Origin: an uncultured Candidatus Saccharibacteria bacterium
GTDB taxonomy: Bacteria; Patescibacteriota; Saccharimonadia; Saccharimonadales; EFPC-124
Reading direction: 5' to 3'
DNA: 61,581 nucleotides
Assembly (NCBI GenBank): GCA_964447105.1
Contig: CAYURH010000004.1
Location: forward strand, 1-61,581
Below, piece after piece: positions 48,125 through 59,159 of the stretch. The translations under genes and the position numbers were made by a program. The notes under the pieces are model-generated. The model worked only from the letters and a program-made list of their open reading frames with translations, ran no database searches and was not told the origin of the DNA. The first letter of the stretch is position 1. The number at the start of each line of letters is the position of its first letter.

Positions 48125-48685
48125 CTAGTCGGTATCGACACGCACCTTGGACTTTGGTCGAGTGAAGACCGGGTCTTTGGCCTGTGCGACGCGGAAGAAA
48201 TGCGGCTCCCCAAACTGTGCAAGGACACTGATAGTCCCGTCGACCTTACTCCAATCGGCAGTGACATACGCTCTCATGAGCAGGCGGTTTACGCTCGGCT
48301 CATTAGACACCACCACGGGAATAACGTTGGGCAGCAGTTTGACCTCGGACAGGAAATCTTCCAACAGGATCCGCTCAAAGCTCAGACTCTTTGCGCGTTC
48401 ACCGAGTAGCGCGTAGAGCCGCCTCGCCGATTCAGCAATCATGCCGCTGCCAGCGCTCGACACTCCAAAGACACAGAACGTCGTTTGATGGCCGTAGTGA
48501 GCTTGGATGGCCGTAGCGGCCGCGACCAGTTGAGCCTCCCCGGCGGCCGACAGCCTGTCGCTCCCATCGTCACCGAATTCGCAGTCCGCCCGACGCAGCA
48601 CCGTAAACGGATGCTCCGACGTATAGGGCGAACTTGTTTGCGTCATCACTTCCCTTATTCTGGATATCCATTGACGAACACCCAC
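48125..48685 (-). CDS. Orphan protein resembling a degenerate SixA/histidine phosphatase, cassette gene
   Basis: GTG with aggaaggtgg SD; FTVLRRA..DRLSAAGEAQ..VSS..VVSNEP. Confidence 0.7.
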   Translation of the reverse strand: MGVRQWISRIREVMTQTSSPYTSEHPFTVLRRADCEFGDDGSDRLSAAGEAQLVAAATAIQAHYGHQTTFCVFGVSSAGSGMIAESARRLYALLGERAKSLSFERILLEDFLSEVKLLPNVIPVVVSNEPSVNRLLMRAYVTADWSKVDGTISVLAQFGEPHFFRVAQAKDPVFTRPKSKVRVDTD

Positions 48686-48743
48686 AGGGCACCACCTTCC
48701 TATACTCGTGGCACATATAGCTTACGAAAATATCATTATAAAA

Positions 48744-50390
48744 TCAATGTTCACTGTCTGCAACCCTAACAATCTGGCCTTCTAGCTTAACAACTCCTCG
48801 CCACTCGTTTTCGAGCATGGTAAACCATACAGCTACTTTATCTCCCACATCTTGGGAATATTTGTGGGCCATACTAAAGCCGATCAATGACCATGGGCGA
48901 CCAGCGTTGTCGGTGACTTCTAATTTAAGATGCGTCTTGTCTTTGCCCATTAGCTGTCGGCGCGTTACTGTGGCCGATTGCAAATGCAAAATCGGCTCGT
49001 GATTGCCATGCCCAAATGGTTCGAGCGTTTTTAAAAAAGCCATAAGGTCTTGATTGAGTTCGGCAATATCTCGCAGCACGGCATCAGCTTTGGGTTCAAA
49101 ATGGCGCAGCTGATCTTTGAGTCCCAAATTTTTATAAAAATCATTCAGCGACTGCCGAAAATCAGCAATGTGTTTGGTCTGCAATGTCACCCCTGCTGCC
49201 AACTTGTGCCCGCCGCCTTTTATGAGCCACTGGTCGCTGGCGCGGATAGCATCCACTGCGCTAAAATCGCCAAAACTTCGCGCCGAGCCTTTGGACGTAT
49301 CGTCCCCCATCTCTTGCAACACAAACGTTGGTTTGTGCATACGCTCCAAGACTTTGGCGGCCACAATGCCAACGATGCCATGCGACCAATCAGGGTGCGA
49401 CAACACCAATACAGGATCGTCGGTGAATGTTTCAGCCTGGGCTAATGCGCCTTTGTAAATTTTGTCTTGGTTGGCCCGACGCTCTTGGTTCATTTCGCGC
49501 AATTTGTATGCGATCTCCGTAGCTTGCATGGGGTCGGTCGCGGTTAGTAAATCCAGGCTAAACTGCGCGGTTTCCAGTCGGCCCGAGGCATTGAGATGCG
49601 GACCAATCACAAACCCCAGCGAACGCGCATGCAGTTTGTCCATCTGTAGACCTGCTACCTGCGCCATGGCGCGGATGCCAGGCCGACGTGTTTTGGCCAT
49701 AACTTGCAAACCCCAAAACACATTGGCGCGATTTTCGTCCGCCAGTTGCACTACGTCACACACTGTGCCGAGCGCCACCAAATCGAGGAGCCACTTCTCC
49801 TGTCCATTAGGTAGCCCGGGCAGTTTGGTCTGCAACGCCTGAACTAGTTTAAACGCCACGCCCACTCCAGCCAGGTCGATAAACGGATACTGATGATCCG
49901 GCCGCTTTGGGTTAATAGTTGCTACTGCAGCCGGCATGGTGGGCGCTACGCTGTGGTGATCGGTCACAATCACATCCATGCCCAGCTCGTTGGCCAGGTC
50001 TATCTCGGCATGGCTCAGGCTACCACAGTCCACAGTCACTACCAGCTGTGCGCCACGCTGCGCCAACTCGCGTATGGCTTTTTTACTAAGCCCATAGCCA
50101 TCAACGAATCGATTTGGGATAAACGCCTCGCGCCGGATACCAAATTGAGCCAACGCGTCGAGTAGCAATGTGGTGGCGGTCAGCCCATCGATGTCATAGT
50201 CGCCATAAATATACACCAGCTCGTCATTTTGCTTCGCTTGCACCAAGCGATCTACAGCCGCAGCCATATCGGGCAATAAGAATGGGTCGTGCCGCATAGC
50301 GTCATATGACGGCGCACAAAACAGCGCTCGCGCTGCAGCATCTTGCAACCCGCGCGACGCCAAAATTTGATCAATTACCCCCGACAACAT
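48744..50390 (-). CDS. recJ: Single-stranded-DNA exonuclease RecJ
   Basis: YGDYDIDG, TVDCG, TDHH, KGSARS, GGH. Confidence 0.97.
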   Translation of the reverse strand: MLSGVIDQILASRGLQDAAARALFCAPSYDAMRHDPFLLPDMAAAVDRLVQAKQNDELVYIYGDYDIDGLTATTLLLDALAQFGIRREAFIPNRFVDGYGLSKKAIRELAQRGAQLVVTVDCGSLSHAEIDLANELGMDVIVTDHHSVAPTMPAAVATINPKRPDHQYPFIDLAGVGVAFKLVQALQTKLPGLPNGQEKWLLDLVALGTVCDVVQLADENRANVFWGLQVMAKTRRPGIRAMAQVAGLQMDKLHARSLGFVIGPHLNASGRLETAQFSLDLLTATDPMQATEIAYKLREMNQERRANQDKIYKGALAQAETFTDDPVLVLSHPDWSHGIVGIVAAKVLERMHKPTFVLQEMGDDTSKGSARSFGDFSAVDAIRASDQWLIKGGGHKLAAGVTLQTKHIADFRQSLNDFYKNLGLKDQLRHFEPKADAVLRDIAELNQDLMAFLKTLEPFGHGNHEPILHLQSATVTRRQLMGKDKTHLKLEVTDNAGRPWSLIGFSMAHKYSQDVGDKVAVWFTMLENEWRGVVKLEGQIVRVADSEH

Positions 50391-50414
50391 AGCCCTGTTA
50401 TATCACACCTTGGG

Positions 50415-50705
50415 CTATTTGGTGTCGCGTTTGGCTTTTGTAGTGTGTTGTGATTTGAGAACGATGCCTTGGAGTTCTTTGAAGATAGCGAATTGCTTGT
50501 TGGTAAAGTAGATTTTGGTATTACCCTGGCGCTCGGCGTGCAAGAAACCGACTTTTTCGAGCCGCTTCAACTCACGCTGAATGTTGCCTGGATCTTCTTT
50601 AATAAGCTTGGCGAGGCCACGGACGTGGGTGCGAAAATCGGGGTATTTAGCATACACCACAATAATTTTTCGTCGCACTCTTGATGTGATAAAAACGTCC
50701 AACAT
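50415..50705 (-). CDS. Winged helix-turn-helix protein
   Basis: HVRGLAKLIKEDPGNIQRELKRLEKVGFL. Confidence 0.85.
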   Translation of the reverse strand: MLDVFITSRVRRKIIVVYAKYPDFRTHVRGLAKLIKEDPGNIQRELKRLEKVGFLHAERQGNTKIYFTNKQFAIFKELQGIVLKSQHTTKAKRDTK

Positions 50706-50797
50706 GTATCTTGCTTCACCCCGCTATGCATTATCCGGTCGTTGATAATAATTCTACACAGTCGCGGGCCAAAAAACAACCCAAACCATGCCACATT

Positions 50798-51451
50798 TTA
50801 ATGCCATTTCAAAATTATATTTTTGATTTTCTCGAGAGCCTGCTCGCGCGTGGGTGCGTCGTGCAAGTCATAATAATGGCTAGTGGCCAAGTAATTTTCG
50901 ATCACGCCCAGACAGTGTAGCTCGTCGGCCATAATATGCATGCGATCCACGGCCGTTACCGAGGCTATGGGCACTGCTATGATAAGTCGCTTCATTTTCA
51001 CCGGCTTTAGAAACTCAGCCGCAGCATCCAGTAGCGCTGTCGTTTTCAGCCCATCGGCCACGAGTATCACCACGTGCTCGCGTAGCATATCGGGTTGGAT
51101 GGCACCGCCTTCTGCGAGTAAGTGGTTGATGCGCTCAAAGTGCTCGCGTTTTTGGTCGTCTATGTAGGCGTGGTATTCAGCGTAATAATCGTCTGATTCG
51201 GATTCTGAAAGTTCACTATTGGGGCTAAACTGGCCCCCTTGATCTACGCTCCCCATCACAATATCTTCACCTGGGATACTCACCTTTTCGCTCAAAAAAA
51301 GCGTCAGCGTACTGTGGAGCGCTGCGGCAATCGGCTCTCCCACTGCGACGCCGCCATGATTGAGCGCCACCACTACCGTGTTTTCGTAGCGGTAGGATGC
51401 CAGCTGCGTCGCCAGCTGCTCGCCGGCCTGTGCGCGTGATTGGAAGTACAT
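50798..51451 (-). CDS. Phosphoribosyltransferase-family protein (degenerate PRPP loop)
   Basis: FQSRAQAGEQLA, ALNHGGV, VILVADGLKT, IAVP. Confidence 0.85.
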   Translation of the reverse strand: MYFQSRAQAGEQLATQLASYRYENTVVVALNHGGVAVGEPIAAALHSTLTLFLSEKVSIPGEDIVMGSVDQGGQFSPNSELSESESDDYYAEYHAYIDDQKREHFERINHLLAEGGAIQPDMLREHVVILVADGLKTTALLDAAAEFLKPVKMKRLIIAVPIASVTAVDRMHIMADELHCLGVIENYLATSHYYDLHDAPTREQALEKIKNIILKWH

Positions 51452-51487
51452 ATACCTATATGGTAACAAAGCACGTATAGTAGCACT

Positions 51488-53422
51488 ATGTACTTCTACC
51501 TTATTGCTCCTGCAATTGTGGTTCGGTCAGATGAAACTGCGTTTACCTATCATTCCAAAACACCACTTGCTGTCGGTACTTTAGTCCGCGTAAGCGTCGG
51601 TAAACGTCTCGTAAATGGTGTGATCGTGAGTGTCGTCAAAGACAAGCCACAATTCGCCACCAAACCAATTGAAACCATCGTAACCGACACGCCACTTCCA
51701 TTGCCTCTTTTGAAACTCGCCGAGTGGATGAGTGACTATTACGCTGCGCATTTAGGGCTTGTGTTGCAGACAATTCTGCCTACCGGGCTCCACAAACAAC
51801 GCCGCGCTACACAGCCCGCCAGCCCTTATCCTATTCGAAAACGAACAAAAATTGTGCTCAAACCAGAACAACAAAAAGCACTCATGATCATTGGGAAGCA
51901 ACAGTCCGGCACCATGCTGCTCCATGGTGTTACCGGGTCGGGCAAAACACAAGTCTACATTGAAATCGCCAAACAGCTAGCGCGTCAAGGCAAATCAAGC
52001 ATCATATTAGTGCCCGAAATTGCGCTTACACCACAGCTGGTTGCCGAATTTGCCAATCACTTCCAAAACCTCATCGTCACCCACTCCGGCATGACCGAAT
52101 CTGCCCGTCACAAAGCCTGGCTAGAAGCACTCGATGCCCAGGCGCCTACAGTTGTCATAGGCCCGCGTTCGGCACTATTCATGCCACTTAGCAACTTAGG
52201 ACTTGTGGTAGTAGACGAATGCCACGAACCGAGTTACAAACAAGAGCAAACGCCGCGCTACTTAGCTCTGCGCGCCGCAACTATACTGGCATCGCTCCAC
52301 GATCAAGCCAAAGCTATCCTGGGAAGCGCCACGCCAGCAGTGGCCGACTACTATCTTGCGCAGAGCACCAAACGGCCCATCATCAAACTCTCCCAACCTA
52401 TTAGTACACAGGTACAGCCGCATATTGCCATTATCGATAATAAGCAGCGCGATAACTTCAAACGACACCGTTTCTTATCAGATGCACTACTTACCAGGAT
52501 CGAAGAAACTATTGCACAAGGCCAGCAAGTGCTACTCTTCCACAACCGCCGTGGCACCTCCCCGACCACCATGTGCGAACAATGTGGCTGGATGGCCGAA
52601 TGCCCCACTTGCTTCTTGCCGCTGACGCTTCACGCCGACACACACAAGCTACGTTGCCACCTATGCGGATTTGAACAACATGTGCCGCCCAGCTGCCCAG
52701 TGTGTCAGCAACCCACAATTACGTTCAAAGGTGTCGGCACCAAACTTATCGAAGCCGAAGTTACCAAGCTCTTCCCCAAAGCTCGCATTGCTCGCTTCGA
52801 TGCCGATACAGCAGAGGCCGAGGCCGTACATCACCGCTACCAAGAATTGTACGACGGCCACATCGATATCATGATTGGCACCCAAATGTTAGCCAAGGGC
52901 CTCGACCTGCCAAACCTCACGCTCGTAGGCGTAGTACAGGCCGACAGCGGGCTGATTTTACCAGATTATTTAGCTGATGAACGCGTATTCCAATTGCTTT
53001 ACCAAGTGATTGGCCGCGTCGGCCGCAACCATCACCAAGGCAATGTGGTGATACAGACATATCAGCCCGACCACCCCATTGTGAAAGCGGCTGTCGCGCG
53101 CGACTATCAAGCATTCTATCAAGCCGAGATCAAACATCGCGAAGCCGGGCACTTCCCGCCATTTCGCTATCTGCTCAAACTCGTATGCACATACAAAACC
53201 GAAAAAGGCGTCATCGAAGCAAGCAAAAAGCTAGCGCGTGAACTCCGCACCAACAAAGACTTAGAGGTATTGGGCCCCACTCCATCGTTCCACGAACGGC
53301 TAGGCGGCACTTATCGTTGGCAACTCATCGTCAAAGCCAAAAAACGCAGTGATTTGGCTGATATCGCCAGAAAAATGGGGGCGAATTGGCAGGCTGATAT
53401 CGACCCACTTAGCTTGCTGTAA
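51488..53422 (+). CDS. priA: Primosomal protein N'
   Basis: GVTGSGKT, DECH, SATP, four CxxC pairs, QVIGRVGR. Confidence 0.97.
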   Translation: MYFYLIAPAIVVRSDETAFTYHSKTPLAVGTLVRVSVGKRLVNGVIVSVVKDKPQFATKPIETIVTDTPLPLPLLKLAEWMSDYYAAHLGLVLQTILPTGLHKQRRATQPASPYPIRKRTKIVLKPEQQKALMIIGKQQSGTMLLHGVTGSGKTQVYIEIAKQLARQGKSSIILVPEIALTPQLVAEFANHFQNLIVTHSGMTESARHKAWLEALDAQAPTVVIGPRSALFMPLSNLGLVVVDECHEPSYKQEQTPRYLALRAATILASLHDQAKAILGSATPAVADYYLAQSTKRPIIKLSQPISTQVQPHIAIIDNKQRDNFKRHRFLSDALLTRIEETIAQGQQVLLFHNRRGTSPTTMCEQCGWMAECPTCFLPLTLHADTHKLRCHLCGFEQHVPPSCPVCQQPTITFKGVGTKLIEAEVTKLFPKARIARFDADTAEAEAVHHRYQELYDGHIDIMIGTQMLAKGLDLPNLTLVGVVQADSGLILPDYLADERVFQLLYQVIGRVGRNHHQGNVVIQTYQPDHPIVKAAVARDYQAFYQAEIKHREAGHFPPFRYLLKLVCTYKTEKGVIEASKKLARELRTNKDLEVLGPTPSFHERLGGTYRWQLIVKAKKRSDLADIARKMGANWQADIDPLSLL

Positions 53423-53449
53423 TCTGTTGAGTGCGGTATAGTTCGAGCA

Positions 53450-54019
53450 ATGATGACACGCGCCAATATAATCACCCTGCCCCATCCACATTTGCGACAC
53501 AAATCCAAACGCGTCCACATTGTGACCGACGCAGTGCAACAATTAATCACTGATATGCAAGCCGCCACTCTAGACTGGGAAGACCATCGCCCACATGAGC
53601 TAGGCGTGGCTTTGGCTGCCGTGCAGGTCGACCATCTGGAACGAGTGGTGATTATCCGCAATGATTTTGAAAACAAAGAGGACCGTACCTTTGTGCCACT
53701 CATCAACCCCGAGATCGTAAAACTTGAAGGCGATATCGTCTACGACCACGAAGGCTGCCTAAGCGTGCCCGACATCTACGGACTCGTACCCCGCCACACC
53801 AAAGTGCGCGTCAAAGCCCTAAACGAAAAGGGGCAAGAGGTGCGTATCAAAGCCGAAGGCTTCCTTGCCCGCGTACTGCAACACGAAATCGACCACACCA
53901 ACGGCATTGTGTTTATCGACCACATCAAAGACAACGATGTGTTCTTCCACCTCGACCCAGACGGCAAACTAATCAAGGTTGCACATGACAAAATCATCAA
54001 AAATCATCTTCTTTGGTAG
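53450..54019 (+). CDS. def: Peptide deformylase
   Basis: GVALAAVQ, EGCLS, QHEIDH. Confidence 0.97.
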   Translation: MMTRANIITLPHPHLRHKSKRVHIVTDAVQQLITDMQAATLDWEDHRPHELGVALAAVQVDHLERVVIIRNDFENKEDRTFVPLINPEIVKLEGDIVYDHEGCLSVPDIYGLVPRHTKVRVKALNEKGQEVRIKAEGFLARVLQHEIDHTNGIVFIDHIKDNDVFFHLDPDGKLIKVAHDKIIKNHLLW

Positions 54020-54866
54020 TGGGCCAGTAGCCACCGCAACCCTTGTCGGCCTGCTTCCCTACTTTGATATAGAAGCAATTATCACTAAGCCCAAACCCGA
54101 AAATCATCGCGGCAGCGTGCCAGTATTAGAGTTTGCTCAGACGCACGAGATTCCTTTTTATACCCCCCGCACAAAAGATGAATTGACGGAGCTTTTTGGC
54201 AAAACACATTTTACAAGTCAGGCGGGGTTGGTTGTTGATTACGGGATTATTATTAGTTCCATTGTCATCCAATCATTCGCTAAAGGAATCGTTAATAGCC
54301 ACTTTTCGCTCTTGCCCGAATGGCGCGGCGCCGATCCGATCACGTTTAGCATACTTGGTGGTCGACCTGAAACTGTCGGAGTAAGCTTGATGCTTATTAA
54401 TGACAAGCTCGATGAAGGTCAGTTGCTTGCTCAAAAACCTTTCGCACTCAGTGCAACGATTACTACGCCAGAGCTTACTGACAAGCTTGTGCAGCTAAGC
54501 AATACTATGCTCACTGAAATACTGCCCAAATATCTTAAGGGCCAGATTAGCCCGTATGATCAACCAGCCGCCACCCCCACTTATTCACGTAAGCTAACCA
54601 AACAAGATAGCTTACTGGATACCACTAAACCGGCCTATCTGTTGGAACGCGAAATACGCGCGTTTGCCGGCTGGCCCAAAAGCCACGTCACTCTTTTTGG
54701 CAACGATGTCGTCGTTAAGAAAGCTCGCATTGCCCATAGTCTCACTGACGGAGATTTGGTGGTTGCCTGTGGCAATAATACTTTCCTTGAAATCCTGCAG
54801 CTCACAGGCCCTTCTGGCCGCACCATGAGCGGCGCTGATTATATGCGTGGCTACCAAAAGCCTTAG
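53985..54866 (+). CDS. fmt: Methionyl-tRNA formyltransferase
   Basis: IIFFGS, YGIII, NSHFSLLPEWRGADPI, LDEG; follows def. Confidence 0.95.
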   Translation: MTKSSKIIFFGSGPVATATLVGLLPYFDIEAIITKPKPENHRGSVPVLEFAQTHEIPFYTPRTKDELTELFGKTHFTSQAGLVVDYGIIISSIVIQSFAKGIVNSHFSLLPEWRGADPITFSILGGRPETVGVSLMLINDKLDEGQLLAQKPFALSATITTPELTDKLVQLSNTMLTEILPKYLKGQISPYDQPAATPTYSRKLTKQDSLLDTTKPAYLLEREIRAFAGWPKSHVTLFGNDVVVKKARIAHSLTDGDLVVACGNNTFLEILQLTGPSGRTMSGADYMRGYQKP

Positions 54867-55171
54867 GCTACACCCAAGATAGTATCTTTGTTGGCTATAA
54901 CTTCTTGCTTGAGTATTTCTAGCTCTTCGGCCACCACTTGCTTGTAGTCGGGCCGGTTTGTTTCCAACCATTTCAGCGCGCCAGTTTCATCGTTGGCTTC
55001 GACTAATTTTTCGAACTCATCGAGCACCTGTTCAGACAAGCCTTCCGACAAACGCGTACCCACACGGAGCTCCAGTTCTTCATATAGGTGATCCAAAAAT
55101 GCTTGCTGCTGGTCATCGGGCATATCGCCCAATCCCATATCCTGCAAAAAGCTTTTATCCAACTTAAACAT
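54863..55171 (-). CDS. DUF5663-like protein
   Basis: LEL RVGTRLSEGLS...WLETNRPDYKQVVAEEL pattern recalled from CPR proteins. Confidence 0.75.
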   Translation of the reverse strand: MFKLDKSFLQDMGLGDMPDDQQQAFLDHLYEELELRVGTRLSEGLSEQVLDEFEKLVEANDETGALKWLETNRPDYKQVVAEELEILKQEVIANKDTILGVA

Positions 55172-55212
55172 AATATTAGACTACCACAAGACACTACTGT
55201 TGGCGACTAGAT

Positions 55213-56088
55213 CTAGCGAGCAGCAGCTTGGCTTTTTAAGCGCATACCATGAACTGTTTGTTCATAGGGAATCGCATACTGCAAAGAATCTCGATTGAGC
55301 TCGGCATATTTCAAATGATCGGCTTTAAATATTTCCCAATCAACTTTCCGGTGCTGTGTCTTATACACATTACCTTGTGAGTCATAGTTGGTTACTTTGA
55401 TCGTTCGTGGCGCCAGCAGACGACGTGTATTGTCCGTATGGCGCAACGGGTCAAGCTCTACGTCAAAAAACGAACCGTCAGGATAGATCACGCTAAATCC
55501 TTCACCAGTGTTCATGCCTAGTGGACCATATAATTCTTCATATTCTTTGCTCGAAAGCGTGGCATCGATTTCTCTTGGGTTCTGTTCACCTTTGGCGCGT
55601 TGCAACTGATCAAGTAAGATCATGGCATCCTCGGTAGATAGTTCTGCATGTTGGCTGCGTTCTACTTGCCGAGTAGGATCACTATTGGTGTTGATACGCT
55701 CTTCTAAGACAATCACGCCACCGTTGGGGCTGCGACCAACGACTTGCTGGCTTTCTAAAATACCATTGCCCAAGTCGATAGTAATTTTGGAGCCCTTGTA
55801 GGCCACTTTAGCTTCGTGCCGTTCGTGGGCAGAACCTTCTTCGGACTCTACTGCGTGCTTAGCTTGATACCCCCCTACCAGAGAAGCAACGGCTTCGATC
55901 GGCGGCTGGTCTTGATGGATTTGATCATGGCTACCATTAGGCTGCACCGGCATACCATCAAATTGCCCCGACATTCGATCGGAGGCTTCTTGCGCAAACT
56001 GCCCGCCCACCGGTTCATATACGCCAAACTCAGATTGACCGGCAGATAACCCTGGCTCAGCTGATGCCTCTAGTGTTTGTCCGTTCAT
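55213..56088 (-). CDS. Hypothetical acidic protein
   Basis: 291-aa ORF filling the gap, with its own AT-rich promoter. Confidence 0.75.
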   Translation of the reverse strand: MNGQTLEASAEPGLSAGQSEFGVYEPVGGQFAQEASDRMSGQFDGMPVQPNGSHDQIHQDQPPIEAVASLVGGYQAKHAVESEEGSAHERHEAKVAYKGSKITIDLGNGILESQQVVGRSPNGGVIVLEERINTNSDPTRQVERSQHAELSTEDAMILLDQLQRAKGEQNPREIDATLSSKEYEELYGPLGMNTGEGFSVIYPDGSFFDVELDPLRHTDNTRRLLAPRTIKVTNYDSQGNVYKTQHRKVDWEIFKADHLKYAELNRDSLQYAIPYEQTVHGMRLKSQAAAR

Positions 56089-56178
56089 ATATGTTTTCGA
56101 TTTTTTATTTTTGATTGAATCCTAATATTATTCATAGCATAAGCGCTATAAAGAATCAAGATGCTTAAGTAGGTTTGT

Positions 56179-57948
56179 TTACAAACTGCGCTTTTTCAAT
56201 TCGCGCGTAAACAACTCAAGTCTGTCGCCTTCTTGCAACAAAACTTTGCCTTTGGTTTTGAGTTGTAGACCACACATTTCACCTTCGAACACTTCGCGTG
56301 CGTCGGCGCGGTCGCGTTGCACTTTGGTAACTTCGGCCTCGGTGATCTGCTCGCCGTCGTGTTTGACACGCACTAGTTGTCCGGCTTCGATCTTGCCTTT
56401 GGTGACTTCGCCGCCACAGATCACTTCATCTTTGGATGTTCGGAAGACGCCGCGGATGATGAGTTTACCCACTTCAGTTTCGATGACTTCAGGAGCGAGC
56501 AGGTCTTCGAGCGACTGCTTAGCGTCGTCGATGAGTTCGTAGATGATACGGAATATACGCACCTGTACTTTGTCGCGCAGCGCCAAACGCTTCACGGCTG
56601 GCGGCAACTGTACGTTAAATCCATAGATGATAGCATCTGACCCGGCAGCCATGCGCACGTCGTTTTCGGATATATTGCCCACACCGGAGCTGATAATTCG
56701 CGGGGCTACTTCAGCGGTTTCGAGCAATTTCAAACTGTCGCTTACGGATGTCAGCGAGCCTTGCACGTCGGCTTTGATGATCATGTTTACCAATTGGCGC
56801 TCTTTGCGTCGGTTCATCATGTTCAGTAAATCAGTGCTAGATACAGCAGCAGCTTGAATATCTTGTTTACTCTCGCTGGCGAGCTTGGCGGCTAGATTGC
56901 GGGCTTCTTTTTCGTTGGCTACGATCTGGAAGCGATCACCGAATTCAGGCAGCGACTTAAAACCAGTCACTGTTACTGGCGTAGATGGACCAGCGTCTTT
57001 GATTGGCCTACCTGCGTAATCGAGCAGTGTCCGTACTTTGCCGTACGAACCGCCGGCTACAATGAAGCTACCAGTTCGCATGATGCCATGCTCTACCAGC
57101 AGATTCACGACTGCACCGCGCCCTTGCTCCATGTGCGATTCGATAACCAGGCCTTCGGATGGACCGTCTACTTCGGCACGCAGCTCTTCCAAATCTGTTA
57201 CTAGCAACACAAGTTCTAGTAGTTTATCGAGGCCCTGTTTGGTTTTGGCTGATACTTCTACCATGACAGTATCACCGCCCCACTCTTCAGGGGTGAGTTT
57301 ATGATCAGTAGCAAGTTGTTGTTTGACGCGGTTGGCGTCGGCGTCTGGCTTGTCGATTTTGTTGATCGCCACGACGATGCGGGCGTTGGCAGCCTGGGCG
57401 AATTTAATGGCTTCGACGGTTTGCGGCTTCACACCGTCGTCGGCAGCCACCACGATAATGACAACATCGGTCAACGCAGCACCGTGTTGACGCAACGCAC
57501 TAAACGCTTCGTGACCAGGAGTATCAAGCAGAGTAATCTTGCGACCATTGTATTCGGTCTGATATGCAGCAATGTGCTGAGTAATGCCACCAGCTTCGCC
57601 ACTCGCTACTTTGGTGTCGAGCACTGCGTCGAGCAGGCTGGTTTTGCCATGATCGACATGACCCATCACCGCCACAATAGGTGCGCGGCTCTGGGCTTTG
57701 TCGCTCAACGCACGTTGACTTTTTTCGACGGCAGCGGCTTGAGTTTGCTCTTTTTCTTGCAGTTCTATCTCGAGACCCAATTCATCTACGATAATCTGGG
57801 CGGTTTCCAGGTCAATGCGCTGGTTCACCGTAGCCATGATGCCGTTTTTGAACAACTCACCAATGAGTCGAGTCACAGGTAAGTCAATTTGGGCCGCCAA
57901 TTCACCGACGGTGATCATGCCAGGTACTAGCAGTGTCTTTTTAGCCAT
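56179..57948 (-). CDS. infB: Translation initiation factor IF-2 (short)
   Basis: [33 protein letters not shown]. Confidence 0.98.
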   Translation of the reverse strand: MAKKTLLVPGMITVGELAAQIDLPVTRLIGELFKNGIMATVNQRIDLETAQIIVDELGLEIELQEKEQTQAAAVEKSQRALSDKAQSRAPIVAVMGHVDHGKTSLLDAVLDTKVASGEAGGITQHIAAYQTEYNGRKITLLDTPGHEAFSALRQHGAALTDVVIIVVAADDGVKPQTVEAIKFAQAANARIVVAINKIDKPDADANRVKQQLATDHKLTPEEWGGDTVMVEVSAKTKQGLDKLLELVLLVTDLEELRAEVDGPSEGLVIESHMEQGRGAVVNLLVEHGIMRTGSFIVAGGSYGKVRTLLDYAGRPIKDAGPSTPVTVTGFKSLPEFGDRFQIVANEKEARNLAAKLASESKQDIQAAAVSSTDLLNMMNRRKERQLVNMIIKADVQGSLTSVSDSLKLLETAEVAPRIISSGVGNISENDVRMAAGSDAIIYGFNVQLPPAVKRLALRDKVQVRIFRIIYELIDDAKQSLEDLLAPEVIETEVGKLIIRGVFRTSKDEVICGGEVTKGKIEAGQLVRVKHDGEQITEAEVTKVQRDRADAREVFEGEMCGLQLKTKGKVLLQEGDRLELFTRELKKRSL

Positions 57949-57980
57949 GATAGCTCCTAACTTAGGCGGCCCGATTGGGC

Positions 57981-59051
57981 TTATTTATTCTTGAGACTCA
58001 GGGAAATCTTGCGACTGTCTTTGTCGATGTCCAAGATTTTGAACGTCTTTTTCTCGTTGAGCTTGAAGATCTTTTCAGGGTCGACGCCATCGCCTTCACC
58101 AAGTTCGGTGACATGCACCAGAGCTTCAACGGCAGGGCTCAGTTGGATGAAAGCGCCAAATGGCGTGATACGAGTTACCGTACCTTCAACTTCGTCACCT
58201 TTGCCGAATTTTTCGACTTCTTTGGCCCATGGGTCTTCTTGCAGTTGTTTCAGGCTAAGGCTCAAACGGTCTTTATCGATAGCGATGATCTTGGCCTCGA
58301 CAGTATCTCCCACTTTCACGTAATCACCAGGGTTGTTGACACGCTCCCAGCTAATTTCGCTAATATGGATCAGACCTTCGATACCACTCACGTTTACGAA
58401 TGCGCCAAAGTCTACCACGCCAGTGACCACGCCTTTGACGGTGTCACCGACTTTGAGTTTCTCAAACCGTTCAGCCAAACCTTCACGGATAGCTTCTTTT
58501 TCTGAGAATATCAATTTGTTAGCTTTACGATCAGCATCGAGGACACGCACACTGATAGGTTTGTTAACCAATGCGTTGAGTCGCTGCAAGATCTCATCTT
58601 TGTCCGCACCACTCACACGTGGGTAGTGTTCGGCGCTCAGTTGGCTCACGGGCATAAAGCCGCGGATACCTTCTAGTTCAATCAGCAGACCGCCGCGGTT
58701 GGCGTCATAGGCGCTGACTTCAATCACTTCACCAGCGTCAAAAATACGCTTGATTTCGTCCCAACCACGGTCTTTGGCGGCTTTGCGCAGGCTGAGCAGC
58801 GCGTGACCTTCTTCGATTTCTGGTTCGACAATGCTGGCAGTTACCGCGTCACCCTCTTTGAGCGTACGCATACCACCGATTTCGCGACGCGGCACGAGTC
58901 CAACGCCGTAGGGGCCCAAGTCTACCCACAGTTCGTGTTTGCGAACGGATAGAACTTTGCCCTCCACCACCTCACCTGGTGTTAGTTGTGGGACTTGCTC
59001 CTGTGCCAGGAGTTCGTCCATAGTAATAGTATTAGTGGCTTTCGAGGCCAT
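57981..59051 (-). CDS. rpsA: 30S ribosomal protein S1 (4 S1 domains)
   Basis: Repeated S1 motifs: GFMPVSQ, DFGAFV..GLIHISE, PFGAFI..LVHVTE. Confidence 0.95.
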   Translation of the reverse strand: MASKATNTITMDELLAQEQVPQLTPGEVVEGKVLSVRKHELWVDLGPYGVGLVPRREIGGMRTLKEGDAVTASIVEPEIEEGHALLSLRKAAKDRGWDEIKRIFDAGEVIEVSAYDANRGGLLIELEGIRGFMPVSQLSAEHYPRVSGADKDEILQRLNALVNKPISVRVLDADRKANKLIFSEKEAIREGLAERFEKLKVGDTVKGVVTGVVDFGAFVNVSGIEGLIHISEISWERVNNPGDYVKVGDTVEAKIIAIDKDRLSLSLKQLQEDPWAKEVEKFGKGDEVEGTVTRITPFGAFIQLSPAVEALVHVTELGEGDGVDPEKIFKLNEKKTFKILDIDKDSRKISLSLKNK

Positions 59052-59159
59052 AGTGTGTAATCACACTCCTTCCATGATGTATTTCTCGAAGTGCGCCAAA
59101 AACAGACACACCAAAAGATTACCTTTATTGTACCCTGGTCTACCCCTAAAAGTAAAGGG

